Both the position numbers and the translations under genes were made by a program. Shown here in pieces: positions 1-9,582 of a stretch of DNA of 57,241 nt. Where the stretch lies: assembly GCA_048594805.1 (NCBI GenBank), contig JBMDXC010000285.1, positions 1-57,241 on the forward strand, written 5' to 3'. The notes under the pieces were generated by a model that was not told the DNA's origin, ran no database searches, and was given only the letters and a program-made list of their open reading frames with translations. The stretch's first letter is position 1; the number at the start of each line of letters is the position of its first letter. The stretch comes from Candidatus Entotheonellaceae bacterium (lineage in GTDB: Bacteria; Tectomicrobia; Entotheonellia; Entotheonellales; Entotheonellaceae).

Positions 1-1296
1 GTAGGCGGACTGAATAAGGGTGGACAAGGCATCTACGCGCTCAACATCACTGATCCAACGATCTTTACGGAAGCTGGGGCCGCGAACATTGTGCTGTGGG
101 AATTTACCGATACCAACGACCCGGATCTCGGCTATACTTTCAGCCAGCCATCCATAGTGCGCTTGCATAACCAGAGATGGGCTGCAGTGTTTGGTAATGG
201 CTATAACAATACGGAAAATGACGGCCATGCGAGCACGACCGGTTATGCGGCTTTGTACATCGTCGACATCGAGACTGGTAGCTTGATCCGCAAAATCACG
301 ACCGAGGCTGGATCGGTATCGACCCCGAATGGCTTGGCCACGCCGGCCGTGGTCGACTTCGATGGCGATATCATCGCTGACTATGTGTTTGCTGGCGATC
401 TGCTTGGCAATATGTGGAAGTTCGACATCAGGGATGCCAACGAAGCGAACTGGCGGGTCGCCTATACCGATGCTAGCGGCAAGCCGGCTCCGTTGTTTGT
501 GGCAAAAGACAGTGCCACGCCCACACCAAATCGTCAACCAATTACCGAGCGACCTGAGATCAGTTTTGGGCCAAGAGATACTGATATAATGGTACTTTTC
601 GGTACTGGCAAGTATTTAGAATCGGCTGACAAGTTGCTGACGCCACGGCTTGACCAGAGCTTCTATGGCATTCTCGACTGTAATACGGGCACGTCGAGCG
701 ATATCGTCAGCAGTGGACTGCAGCAGCAGACCATTGACTCCGAAATGAGTGTCACGATTGACAATACCTCGTACAATGTGCGGCTGACCAGTAATAATCC
801 CGTCAACCTGCAATGCAACAACCCGTCCCAAGTCGGTGACCATCGCGGCTGGTATATGAACCTCGTCTCCCCTGTGCAGGGGTATCAAGCAGAGAAGCAG
901 GTCTCAAGACCGCTCTTGAGGAATGGCCGTATCATCTTCACCACCTTGATTCCGGATTCTGATCCTTGCAACTTTGGTGGTAACAGCTGGCTGATGGAAT
1001 TGGACGCATTCACAGGCAAGAGGCTGCAAGAATCGCCATTCGACCTCGAGCGGGATAACGAGTTTACCAAAGAGGACATGGTGCAAGTTACGCTGCCAAA
1101 TAGCACTACCGAGATGATACCCGCCAGCGGTTTACAGTCGACGGTTGGTATCATCCCAAAGCCGGGCGTCCTAGTGGACCCCACGAATCCTGTGGAGTAC
1201 AAGTACACGCCGGGTACCAGCGGCGATATTTCAGTCACAGTCGAGAACCCCGGCGCCAATAGTCACGGCAGACAGGCCTGGCGCCAGCTGCAGTAG
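1..1296 (+). CDS. PilY1-like type IV pilus tip adhesin / biogenesis factor, C-terminal beta-propeller part (5' end outside window)
   Basis: Frame 1 is open from nt 1 (VGGLNKGGQGIYALNITDP...), so the gene starts upstream of the window. PilY1-type motifs are present: LWEFTD..DLGYTFSQP, FGNGYN and FAGDLLGNMWKFD. Confidence 0.8.
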   Translation, partial: VGGLNKGGQGIYALNITDPTIFTEAGAANIVLWEFTDTNDPDLGYTFSQPSIVRLHNQRWAAVFGNGYNNTENDGHASTTGYAALYIVDIETGSLIRKITTEAGSVSTPNGLATPAVVDFDGDIIADYVFAGDLLGNMWKFDIRDANEANWRVAYTDASGKPAPLFVAKDSATPTPNRQPITERPEISFGPRDTDIMVLFGTGKYLESADKLLTPRLDQSFYGILDCNTGTSSDIVSSGLQQQTIDSEMSVTIDNTSYNVRLTSNNPVNLQCNNPSQVGDHRGWYMNLVSPVQGYQAEKQVSRPLLRNGRIIFTTLIPDSDPCNFGGNSWLMELDAFTGKRLQESPFDLERDNEFTKEDMVQVTLPNSTTEMIPASGLQSTVGIIPKPGVLVDPTNPVEYKYTPGTSGDISVTVENPGANSHGRQAWRQLQ

Positions 1297-1738
1297 CCAG
1301 ACAGGCAGGGGTACGCGTCATGCAACAAGAGTTGTTTGGCGTTCCCCTGTTATGCCGGCCTAGAGTGCTATGCTTGCTGGTCTCTGCAAGGGCGTGCAGG
1401 TTTGGCAGCGCGGGCATGCTGCCTAGGTCCCTGTCCTGAGCAAAGGAAGCGCTATGTTTATCACCAGAGGCGAGAGTGCATTCGAGGTCAGTATTAGTAT
1501 GGTAGACGGTGAGTGGGAAGGGAAGATAGTTGAAAACACTCTGAGCCACGTGGTGCCCATCGTACACCTCTGTCACAACTGGACCTCTCACGACGCCGCT
1601 GTCGCTGGCGTGCGGCGTCGCTGGCAGCGCCTCTTCCCGGATGAACCCGACGAGGACAGGCCCGATTTTCAGGAAGCCCTGAACGAGCCCATGGCGTCCT
1701 CGGATGTGAGTAATCACCTTTGACAAGAAGCGAGCGGC

Positions 1739-2461
1739 TTACACACCAAGTTTAGCAGCCAAATCGTTAAAATCGATGGCATGCACCGTAAAGGCCGGGT
1801 CGGGCGTCAGGTCAGGCGTACGCTCTGGGCCCCATTCCATAGGGCGTGGGACAAACGCCGTGTGCAGGCCGACGGCCTGTGCGGCCCGCAGATCACCTTT
1901 GTGCGCTGCCACCATCATCACTTGCTCCGGACGCAAGCCCAGGAGAGCGGCTGCCCCCAGGTATGTCTCGGGGTCTGGCTTATAGTGCTGCATCAACTCG
2001 GCTGAGAGAATGCAATCCCACGGCAGCCCGGCATATTTTGCCATATTAGTGAGCAGCGCGACATTGCCGTTCGAGAGTGTCGCTAGCACGTAACGTGCGC
2101 GTAGACGGGTGAGGCCAGGTATGGCGTCTGGCCAGGCGGTGAGACGGTGCCAGACGCGGTTCAGGTAATCCTTGTCGGCCTCGCTCAGGCTGGTGATGCC
2201 GTACTTCACCAATAGTTCGTCAAGGACCATGCGATGCAGCGTGTCAATGTTCGTCCACGGTAACTCGCCACGGCGCACACGGTTCATCGACGGACTGTAG
2301 CCTCCGCGCCAGTCGTCCGCAAAACTCGCCCAATCTATCTGGAGGCCACGCGCTGCACCAAACGCCAGGCCCTCCCGGATGAGACTGCCACGCCAATCGA
2401 CCACCGTGCCGAAGACGTCAAACGTCAGTGCCTTAACCTGGGCAATATCTGGCTGAGCCAT
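1739..2461 (-). CDS. Haloacid dehalogenase type II (HAD superfamily)
   Basis: 240 aa. N-terminal FDVFGTVVDW nucleophile motif. AAGGAGAGG Shine-Dalgarno site upstream of the ATG. Confidence 0.8.
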   Translation of the reverse strand: MAQPDIAQVKALTFDVFGTVVDWRGSLIREGLAFGAARGLQIDWASFADDWRGGYSPSMNRVRRGELPWTNIDTLHRMVLDELLVKYGITSLSEADKDYLNRVWHRLTAWPDAIPGLTRLRARYVLATLSNGNVALLTNMAKYAGLPWDCILSAELMQHYKPDPETYLGAAALLGLRPEQVMMVAAHKGDLRAAQAVGLHTAFVPRPMEWGPERTPDLTPDPAFTVHAIDFNDLAAKLGV

Positions 2462-2608
2462 AGCCTCTCCTTGGGGTGTGTTCCACGCGTTCCCGCTTCC
2501 TTTGTGTGTCTCGTATGGGTACTATAGACGCTGCTTGCTATTTGTCAAATGCCTGGTGCTCTGTTCGATGCCCTCACCCTGCTATACTTTCCCTAGAAAG
2601 GGGGTACT

Positions 2609-2788
2609 ATGGCAGCAGCAAAACTGATAACGTTTCACCTGCGCAACGGTGAGCAACGAACTTACAAAGACATTAGCCGCCTCGATACCTCGCGCCCCCA
2701 CACGGTGTTGGTGTATCACCAGGATCAGCTGATTGCGCAGATTGCCAAAAACGACATTGTGAGAATAACCCAGCAGGACGGGAGGTGA
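2609..2788 (+). CDS. Small hypothetical protein (59 aa)
   Basis: Too short for the ORF track. ATG at 2609 is preceded by GAAAGGGGG about 5 nt upstream. It fills an otherwise empty 365-nt gap. Translation: MAAAKLITFHLRNGEQRTYKDISRLDTSRPHTVLVYHQDQLIAQIAKNDIVRITQQDGR. No family recognised. Confidence 0.4.
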   Translation: MAAAKLITFHLRNGEQRTYKDISRLDTSRPHTVLVYHQDQLIAQIAKNDIVRITQQDGR

Positions 2789-2826
2789 AGAGGCAAGACG
2801 AGCGGAGGCACGTCCGAGGCGAAGCT

Positions 2827-3747
2827 CTACAGAGCAGGTGGGAAGGGTACTGCGAGAAGTGGGCACGACGTCTGAGCCAGGACAGCATCAACAATCGAGG
2901 GCACAAAGAATTGTTTCAGCCCTTCATAGCTGTGCACGCTCATGACCACGAGGTCGGCATGGCGCTCCTTGATCTGCTGTGGAATCATCTCAGCCGGCTT
3001 CCCAGGCACAACGAGACGCTCAATCGCTGGTCCTGTGGGCGTATCCGGCATGATGTCTTCAAGACGCCTGTGCAGCAGTGTCATGGTGCCATCCAGGTTG
3101 TGAGATAAGCCTGTCCCAGCTTCGAGGGAGGTTAAGTGGACGGGATCGGGTTCGAGAACCTGGAGCACCGACAGCGATGCCTGGCATACTGTCGCGAGCG
3201 TGCGGCACAGCGTGACAGCCTGGAGAGCATAATCGACGACGTGCAATGCCAGCAGGATATGCTGCACTGGGAGCGTTGGAGGCCGTGTGACAACGCTCTC
3301 AGGGAGTTTGCTACCGACTGGCACCAGGAGGACTGGCACAGCACTGCCATGGGCAACCTCCTGGGCCACTTTGCCCACGATCTTTTCCGAGGTTGGGGTC
3401 ATGCCTTGTGTGCCCATCACTACGAGATCCACATTGGTTGCCATATCAATGATGTTGTCAGCCGGATGACCCTGACGCACGAGCTGCTCCACGGGCAATC
3501 CGGTCAAGGCCGGATGCGCCAGCAGCGCCTGCAACGCGGCAGTCTCTTCGGCTCCTTGGGCGGCGAAGAACTCTGCGGAACGAAAGATGTCGGTCCAACG
3601 TGGGAGGGCAGTCACCCGCGTATCACGCACGTGCAATACCCAGAGCGTAGCGTGTGACAGGCGTGTCAGCGCTGCGGCATACAGCAGTGCCGTGGTGGCG
3701 CTGGCAGAAAAGTCAGTGGCGAGTAAGATGCGGTTGAACCCCAGCAT
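2827..3747 (-). CDS. Tandem universal stress protein (two UspA domains)
   Basis: Two Usp-like halves (ILLATDFS... VVMGTQG; ...DLVVMSVH). Start moved to the internal ATG at 3747 (MLGFNRILLATDFS) because GGAAGGAGA lies 8 nt upstream. Confidence 0.8.
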   Translation of the reverse strand: MLGFNRILLATDFSASATTALLYAAALTRLSHATLWVLHVRDTRVTALPRWTDIFRSAEFFAAQGAEETAALQALLAHPALTGLPVEQLVRQGHPADNIIDMATNVDLVVMGTQGMTPTSEKIVGKVAQEVAHGSAVPVLLVPVGSKLPESVVTRPPTLPVQHILLALHVVDYALQAVTLCRTLATVCQASLSVLQVLEPDPVHLTSLEAGTGLSHNLDGTMTLLHRRLEDIMPDTPTGPAIERLVVPGKPAEMIPQQIKERHADLVVMSVHSYEGLKQFFVPSIVDAVLAQTSCPLLAVPFPPAL

Positions 3748-4031
3748 ACCTACGTCTCCTTCCAGTGCCCCAGTGCATTGAAGCGTGACAAAAGCCAACA
3801 GATCTGGCGTGCGAGATGCGGGAGTATAACAAACGTCTAGCCGATGCTGCTAGAGAGAACAAGAGGGCAAGATACCAAATCAACTGACGAGGAAGGCTGC
3901 CGAAACGGATAGGACTGTCGACGTCAGTCAGCTCCGGACCTGGCTTGATGACCCAAAGCCAATCTGGGGCAGTCTGTGAGATGTATTGCCGTATGAGGGC
4001 GCTATGCACAGGCATAGCACCGTTTTTTCCT

Positions 4032-4745
4032 CTACGGCCCATGCGCTTCCAGCCAGGTCAACACGCCGTACAGGTCGCGAATCACCGGATAGTCGGCATG
4101 CATGGCCCCCTGACGCTGCAGCCACAGGGGCTGCAGCCCGGCCTGTTGGGCTCCCAGAGCATCAGCCTGCAGGTTATCGCCGATGTGCAGGGCGCGTTCC
4201 GGAGACACAGTGACCGCTGCGAGAGCGTGCTCGAAGATAGCACTATGTGGCTTTTCCCAGCCCACAAGGGCGGAAATACTCACGTGCTGCACATAGGTCA
4301 TCAACCCCATGCTTTGTAACAACTCCAGGAGTCGGATATCCCAATTCGAAATCACGCCCACCATATAGCCCTGCTGGCGCAGCGCCTGCAGAACTTCCAG
4401 GCATTCTGGGAACAAGCGCCACACCGTTGGTTGCTTAAAGAGCTGGTACAATTCCTCAAAAAAATCATCAAAAGGCTCTGGGACAGCAAGCTTACTAAAG
4501 GTAGCGTGGACCAGTGTGTGCCAGAAACGGCGTCCATCCGGCTCCCCAACTCCGTAGCGTACGGGATCGTTCTGGGCCAGCGTTTCGACCGTCCCCCAGG
4601 TGTGCCGAAAGGCGCGTTGCACAGCCTCTCCCGTGGTCTCGACGCCGTAGCGTCTGGCCACCTGGGCATACACCTCACCCACGGAGGGATAGGGATACAA
4701 CAAAGTATTAGCAGCATCAAAAAAAATCGCCTCGTATTTACGCAT
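4032..4745 (-). CDS. HAD-IA family hydrolase (REG-2-like)
   Basis: AIFFDAANTLLYP motif I, ISNWD motif and GDNLQAD motif. GGGAGA Shine-Dalgarno site. Confidence 0.75.
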   Translation of the reverse strand: MRKYEAIFFDAANTLLYPYPSVGEVYAQVARRYGVETTGEAVQRAFRHTWGTVETLAQNDPVRYGVGEPDGRRFWHTLVHATFSKLAVPEPFDDFFEELYQLFKQPTVWRLFPECLEVLQALRQQGYMVGVISNWDIRLLELLQSMGLMTYVQHVSISALVGWEKPHSAIFEHALAAVTVSPERALHIGDNLQADALGAQQAGLQPLWLQRQGAMHADYPVIRDLYGVLTWLEAHGP

Positions 4746-4851
4746 GGAAGGTCTCCCGGGTGCAGACGTCTCAGGCTCCTGTGGGTACTGCAGCTAGGAC
4801 GCTCGCACTCTTGGCCAAAAAATGCAAGGGTAAAAGTACACCATCAGCTAC

Positions 4852-4880
4852 TTGACCTGCTCTCTGAGAGCGTGTATGAC
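4852..4880 (+). promoter_or_regulatory. Candidate sigma-70 promoter (TTGACC-17-TATGAC) with a perfect 6+6 palindrome GCTCTC-t-GAGAGC inside the spacer
   Basis: Read directly: -35 at 4852-4857, -10 at 4875-4880, palindrome at 4859-4871. It lies upstream of the sigma-54 activator gene. Confidence 0.4.
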
Positions 4881-4930
4881 TTCTACACAAGAGAATCGCA
4901 ATGCAGCAAACCTGCGGGGAGGGTAGGAGG

Positions 4931-6451
4931 ATGCGCAAGCAGGCTGTCTCCAATGCAGCTGACAGCCCCATGCAATGGCTGGAACAGATCGCACACCTGA
5001 CGCAGAGTGCGCGGAACTCGACGCTACTGGTCGAGCGTGTGCTGCAGCTTCTCGGGGATGCTTTGGAAGCCATCGCGGGTGCAGTGGTGCTCGCGGGGGA
5101 GGCTGGCAGACGTCCGCAGGAATGGTGCTGGGGCACCTACCAACAACACATTGTCCAGGTCGGTCGTGAGCTCGTGCAGGGTCTCGAAGCGCACAGCGCT
5201 GCCACGGCGCAGCATACTGGTCTGCCGGGAACAACGCGGGAGACAGGCCCGGAGGGCGTCTTGTTAGCCGTGCCGCTGCGTGGCCTGCAACAGGCTCTCG
5301 GCGTCCTGGTCCTGTTTTGTCCTGGGCAACCGACGCCAGCGCTGGAGCCAGTGCTCACCTTTCTCGATCTCACCAGCACCTATGTGGGACTATATCTGCA
5401 GAGCACGGGACTGCAGGAGCGTCTCAAAGCCCTGACTGAGCCTGGCGAAGCACCGAGTATTGGGGTGTCCCCGAGTTACGATCCAGACCGGATTATTGGC
5501 ACGAGTGCGCGCATGCGGGCGATCATGCAGGAAATTGCGCAGGCAGCCCGGAGTCGGTCTACCGTCCTGCTGCGGGGGGAAAGTGGCACCGGCAAAGAAC
5601 TGGTGGCGCGCGCCCTGCATCGGTTCAGTGAGCGCAGCCAGCAGCCGTTTGTGAAGCTCAACTGTGCTGCCCTGCCGGAAAGTCTGCTCGAAAGCGAGCT
5701 GTTTGGCCACGAACGCGGTGCCTTCACGGGAGCGGTCAAAACCCGCCGTGGCCGCTTCGAACTGGCGGATCACGGCACGCTCTTTCTCGACGAAATTGGC
5801 GACATCAGCCTAGCCACCCAGATCAAACTGCTCCGCGTGCTGCAGGAGCGCACGTTTGAGCGCGTGGGGGGCAGCCGCAGTCTGACCGTGGACGTGCGCA
5901 TCATTGCGGCCACCAATGCGGACCTGGAAGAGGCTGTGCGGGCGCGGCGCTTCCGCGAGGATCTGTATTATCGCTTACACGTGGTGCCCATCGTGCTGCC
6001 ACCACTGCGCGAGCGCAAGGAAGATATTCCCCTCCTGGTCGGGCACTTCCTGCAGCGCTTCAATGTTGAGAATCGTAAGGCCCTCAAGATCTCTTCCCCT
6101 GCTATGGACCTGATCGTGGGCTATGAGTGGCCGGGCAATGTCCGCGAGCTGGAAAACTGTATCGAGCGCATGGTCGTCATGGCCCGTCGGGAGGTGATCG
6201 CGCCCGAGGATGTCCCCCTGCCTATCAGTATCTACGCGCCCACGCCGCCGCTCCGGGTGCTCTTGCCTGAGCCTACGGCCTCTACCTTGCCCAAAGCCGT
6301 GGCTGACATCGAGCGCGAACGCCTTCTCGAGGCCCTGCGCCGTAGTGGTGGTGTACAAACCCGCGCCGCCGCCTTGTTAGGCATTACGCCCCGCCAGCTC
6401 GGTTATAAGCTCAAGAAGTACCATATTACTCCAAAGATGATACTGGGTTGA
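4931..6451 (+). CDS. Sigma-54-dependent transcriptional activator (GAF sensor, AAA+ domain, Fis-type HTH)
   Basis: GESGTGKE Walker A, ESELFGHERGAFTGA (GAFTGA loop) and a C-terminal HTH (AAALLGITPRQLGYKLKKY). The start could be 4901 or 4931. I chose 4931 because of the upstream GGGGAGGG and the predicted promoter position. Confidence 0.85.
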   Translation: MRKQAVSNAADSPMQWLEQIAHLTQSARNSTLLVERVLQLLGDALEAIAGAVVLAGEAGRRPQEWCWGTYQQHIVQVGRELVQGLEAHSAATAQHTGLPGTTRETGPEGVLLAVPLRGLQQALGVLVLFCPGQPTPALEPVLTFLDLTSTYVGLYLQSTGLQERLKALTEPGEAPSIGVSPSYDPDRIIGTSARMRAIMQEIAQAARSRSTVLLRGESGTGKELVARALHRFSERSQQPFVKLNCAALPESLLESELFGHERGAFTGAVKTRRGRFELADHGTLFLDEIGDISLATQIKLLRVLQERTFERVGGSRSLTVDVRIIAATNADLEEAVRARRFREDLYYRLHVVPIVLPPLRERKEDIPLLVGHFLQRFNVENRKALKISSPAMDLIVGYEWPGNVRELENCIERMVVMARREVIAPEDVPLPISIYAPTPPLRVLLPEPTASTLPKAVADIERERLLEALRRSGGVQTRAAALLGITPRQLGYKLKKYHITPKMILG

Positions 6452-6484
6452 CAGTGGTTGTCTGCTCTAAAGGAGAATCGTGCT

Positions 6485-7648
6485 ATGACAGTCCCAGCGA
6501 GAATGAAGTTCGGCGTCTTCATGGCCCCCTTCCACCGGCCAGGTGAAAACCCGACCCTGGCCCTGGAACGTGACCTGGAGATTATCCAATGGCTCGACGT
6601 GCTGGGCTTCGATGAGGCCTATATTGGCGAACATCACAGTGCTGGCTGGGAGACCATCGGCTCCCCGGAAGTGTTTATGGCTACTGCTGCCGAGCGCACA
6701 CGACGTATTAAGTTGGGTACTGGTGTCGTGAGCCTGCCCTACCACCATCCGTACATGGTGGCGCACCGCATGGTGTTGTTGGATCATCTGACACGCGGAC
6801 GGGTCATTCTGGGTGTCGGGCCGGGCGCGCTGGCGTCCGATGCCCTGATGTTCGGGATTGACCCTGAACGCCAGCGCGACATGATGGATGAATCCCTGGG
6901 AGTGATCATCCGGCTGTTTGAGAGTACTGCTCCCCTCACCGTGAAGAGTGACTGGTTTGAACTGAACGAGGCTGTCCTGCAACTGCGTCCGTATCAGCAG
7001 CCTTCGATCCCCATTGCTGTGGCCTCAGTGCAGTCGCCGGCGGGTGTCGTGGTGGCTGGGAAGTATGGTGCCGGGGTGCTCTCCCTGAGCATTCCTCGGG
7101 ATACTGTCCGGCAGACCAGCCTCAAGGAGCTGTGGGCTATAGGGGAAGAAACCGCCGAGAAGCATGGCAAAACCCTGCGCCGCGAGGATTGGAGTCTGGT
7201 TGTGTCCGTGCATCTCGCCGAGAGTCGCAAGGAGGCGCGCGACGATGTCCGCCTGGGTAGCGGCCGCGAGCTCACCGAGTATTTTGGGGCAACGCTAGGG
7301 CATCCAACACCCGATGTCCCAGCCGATCAGATTGTCGACTTCATGGCCGAGCGCAATCAGTGGTTCATTGGCACGCCGGACGACTGCATTGCTGGCATCG
7401 AGCGTTTGCAAGAAATCAGCGGTGGGTTCGGTGGCTTCATGATCCGGGTGGCCGACTGGGCCACCCGCGAAACAACGCTGCACAGCTATGAACTGTTTGC
7501 GCGCTACGTTATGCCCCATTTTCAGGGCAGTCTCACCGGCATCCAGGTGTCGAACCAGTGGGCCAGCGAGCGCAAAGAAGGCTTGCAAGCCAACCGCATT
7601 GCCGGGCTCAGGCGTGCTACTGAGGCCTATTATGGCCAGCGGCAGTAG
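6485..7648 (+). CDS. LLM-class (luciferase-like) flavin-dependent monooxygenase
   Basis: MKFGVFMAPFH...EAYIGEHHS is a typical LLM N-terminus. AGGAG sits 7 nt before the ATG at 6485. Confidence 0.8.
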   Translation: MTVPARMKFGVFMAPFHRPGENPTLALERDLEIIQWLDVLGFDEAYIGEHHSAGWETIGSPEVFMATAAERTRRIKLGTGVVSLPYHHPYMVAHRMVLLDHLTRGRVILGVGPGALASDALMFGIDPERQRDMMDESLGVIIRLFESTAPLTVKSDWFELNEAVLQLRPYQQPSIPIAVASVQSPAGVVVAGKYGAGVLSLSIPRDTVRQTSLKELWAIGEETAEKHGKTLRREDWSLVVSVHLAESRKEARDDVRLGSGRELTEYFGATLGHPTPDVPADQIVDFMAERNQWFIGTPDDCIAGIERLQEISGGFGGFMIRVADWATRETTLHSYELFARYVMPHFQGSLTGIQVSNQWASERKEGLQANRIAGLRRATEAYYGQRQ

Positions 7649-7731
7649 TACAGCGTCAATGATCTTTCCTCTCTCCCGGAGGGAGAGGGGAAAGAAGTGG
7701 ATCGCCAGGTTTCCCTGTTGCTCTTGACTTT

Positions 7732-7748
7732 GCCACAGCTTCTGTGGC
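7732..7748. promoter_or_regulatory. Perfect inverted repeat GCCACAG-ctt-CTGTGGC just downstream of a TTGACT hexamer
   Basis: Read directly in the 217-nt gap between the LLM gene and the ABC binding-protein gene. TTGACT is at 7724-7729. Confidence 0.35.
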
Positions 7749-7865
7749 ATACGGGTCCAATTCTTAGGCCAAGACGTCTGCAAGCCATAGGCCTGTGCTC
7801 AGTGCCAGGCTCTTTACGCAAAAAGTCATTATCCGGACGATAGTCCGTTATGAAGGAGGGGGAGG

Positions 7866-9566
7866 ATGTCTAGCAAGAATCACGCCCAGGGGGCTGCGCG
7901 GCAGGCCATGAAGCGACGCGACTTCCTGAAGCACGCAGGATGGGGCAGTGTAGGAGTGACAGGCATCATCATTGGGGCAAGTCGCTCACGTGCCCTGGCC
8001 CATTCGCCCTCGCCCTATCCCTCCTGGGCCCCGCCAAGCGATAAACCCCCGAAACGCGGTGGCGTCCTGACGCGGGCCACGGCCTGGGATCCACCGGTGC
8101 TCGATCCGCGCCTGACCAATTCGGTGGGCCTGTTCCAGATGGCCACGCTCGTCTACAACCGTCTGTTGCGCTATCCCTTTACTGACGAGGCCAAGGACAA
8201 CAAGGATCTCACGCTCAAGGGCGACCTGGCGGAGTCGTGGGAGGGCAGTACCGATTTTAAGACCTGGACCTTCAAGCTGCGCCAGGGCGTCAAATGGCAC
8301 AACGTGCCACCGCTCAAGGGGCGTGAACTCGTTGCCGAAGATGTCAAGTATGCCTACGAGGCCTATGCCAAGGAAGGAGTGCAGTCGTTTACCTTCCAGG
8401 AAATCGACGGCATGGAAACGCCGGACAAATACACCCTCCGCATCCACTTAAAGACGCCCAATACGATGTTCCCGCAAAATGTGGCGGAACCCGTGACGGT
8501 GATCTTCCCACGCGAGGTGTTGGAAGAGGACGGTGATCTCAAAAAGCGCATGATCGGGACCGGGCCTTTTATTCTGAAAGAAAACGAGCGCAAGGTGAAA
8601 ATGGTGCTGGCGCGCAACCCGGACTACTTTGAAAAAGGGTTTCCGTACGTCGACGAGTACCGCATCCTCTCGACCCCCGATGCGGCCACACGCCGGGCCG
8701 CTTTCCGTACCGGGCAGAGCGATTGGCTGGGGCTACAGAGCCTGTCCGATGTGGAGACGGTAGTGAAGACGAATCCGAAGGCGGTCGTGCAGGAAACCAC
8801 TACGGTCCTGGCGCCGTTTGGCCTCACCTTGAGTCAGGATAGACCCCCCTTTAACGACGTGCGGGTGCGTCGGGCCATCTCGCTGGCTATCGACCGGCAA
8901 AAGCAGGTCGATACCGTCTATGAAGGCCATGGCATCCTCGGCTGGGGCGTTCCTTATATTTATTGGTCGGATGAAATGCCCACTGCCGCTGATCTGGGTC
9001 CCTACTGGCAGTATCGCCCTGAGGACGCGAAGAAGCTCCTGGCGGAGGCGGGGCACCCCAATGGGTTTGACACGACGCTGTTCTACTACGAATACTTCCC
9101 GCAGATGACCTCGCAAATCCAGCTCGTGCAGCAGGATCTGAAGCGCAACCTGAACATCGAGCTGAAGATCACCAAACAAGATTATACGACCTACTTTGGC
9201 CGCTATGCTGAAGGCAAATGGGAAGGTACGGCCTGGGGCTTCCAGACGGGGTACGCGATCAGCCTCGACGAGCGCACCTATCAGTACATGCATTCCAAAT
9301 CACCGAAGAACTATTTCCGCGTTAACGACCCGGTCATCGATGAGCTGTGCACCCAGCTACGACAGACCCCGGAGCGCGCCGAGCAACGCGCCCTTGCCAG
9401 GAAAGTTGTGGCTCGGGAGCACGAGCAGGTGCTGCGCCTGTGGATGCCCTACGACGCTGGCTTCCAATTATGGCAGCCGCATGTGCGCAATATCGGTCAG
9501 ACGGACCTGCGCGGGAACGTTGGGTACGGGGCCTCGACCCTGGCTCGTTCCTGGCTCGACAAGTGA
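7866..9566 (+). CDS. ABC transporter substrate-binding protein, family 5 (peptide/nickel type), Tat signal
   Basis: KRRDFLKHAG twin-arginine signal. DppA/OppA-like body. GGAGGGGGAGG Shine-Dalgarno site. Confidence 0.85.
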   Translation: MSSKNHAQGAARQAMKRRDFLKHAGWGSVGVTGIIIGASRSRALAHSPSPYPSWAPPSDKPPKRGGVLTRATAWDPPVLDPRLTNSVGLFQMATLVYNRLLRYPFTDEAKDNKDLTLKGDLAESWEGSTDFKTWTFKLRQGVKWHNVPPLKGRELVAEDVKYAYEAYAKEGVQSFTFQEIDGMETPDKYTLRIHLKTPNTMFPQNVAEPVTVIFPREVLEEDGDLKKRMIGTGPFILKENERKVKMVLARNPDYFEKGFPYVDEYRILSTPDAATRRAAFRTGQSDWLGLQSLSDVETVVKTNPKAVVQETTTVLAPFGLTLSQDRPPFNDVRVRRAISLAIDRQKQVDTVYEGHGILGWGVPYIYWSDEMPTAADLGPYWQYRPEDAKKLLAEAGHPNGFDTTLFYYEYFPQMTSQIQLVQQDLKRNLNIELKITKQDYTTYFGRYAEGKWEGTAWGFQTGYAISLDERTYQYMHSKSPKNYFRVNDPVIDELCTQLRQTPERAEQRALARKVVAREHEQVLRLWMPYDAGFQLWQPHVRNIGQTDLRGNVGYGASTLARSWLDK

Positions 9567-9582
9567 GGGAGAGCTGACTGGT

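Noticed and set aside
1235-1726. Two mutually overlapping ORFs in the PilY1-dehalogenase gap: 163 aa on the minus strand (TTG start) and 89 aa on the plus strand (1454-1723, with an AGGAAG site).
   Set aside because: Neither has recognisable family motifs, and they exclude each other. I cannot decide from the sequence alone. The plus-strand ORF is slightly favoured by its ribosome-binding site, but I have not listed it as a feature.
7664-7690. The hairpin CTCTCCC-gga-GGGAGAG just after the LLM gene, considered as an intrinsic terminator.
   Set aside because: The stem is only 7 bp and no T-tract follows it (the next bases are GGGAAAGAAG), so it cannot be called a terminator with confidence.
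7742-7760. The sigma-54-like element cTGGCATacgggTCCA upstream of the ABC binding-protein gene. A similar TGGCAT-N5-TTCC occurs at about 32196.
   Set aside because: The -12 element lacks the essential GC (TCCA or TTCC instead of TTGC). Other GG-N10-GC candidates that I checked have the wrong spacing.
9196-9582. The ORF-track start of the first permease, 387 nt upstream, overlapping the binding-protein gene. Similar 5' extensions occur at 24572 (MopB), 53923 (URC1-like), 43070 (leuB), 40031 (hemL) and 22015 (ATPase-WD40).
   Set aside because: The family-typical N-termini and good Shine-Dalgarno sites are at the internal starts. The extensions overlap upstream genes and have no family-like sequence.
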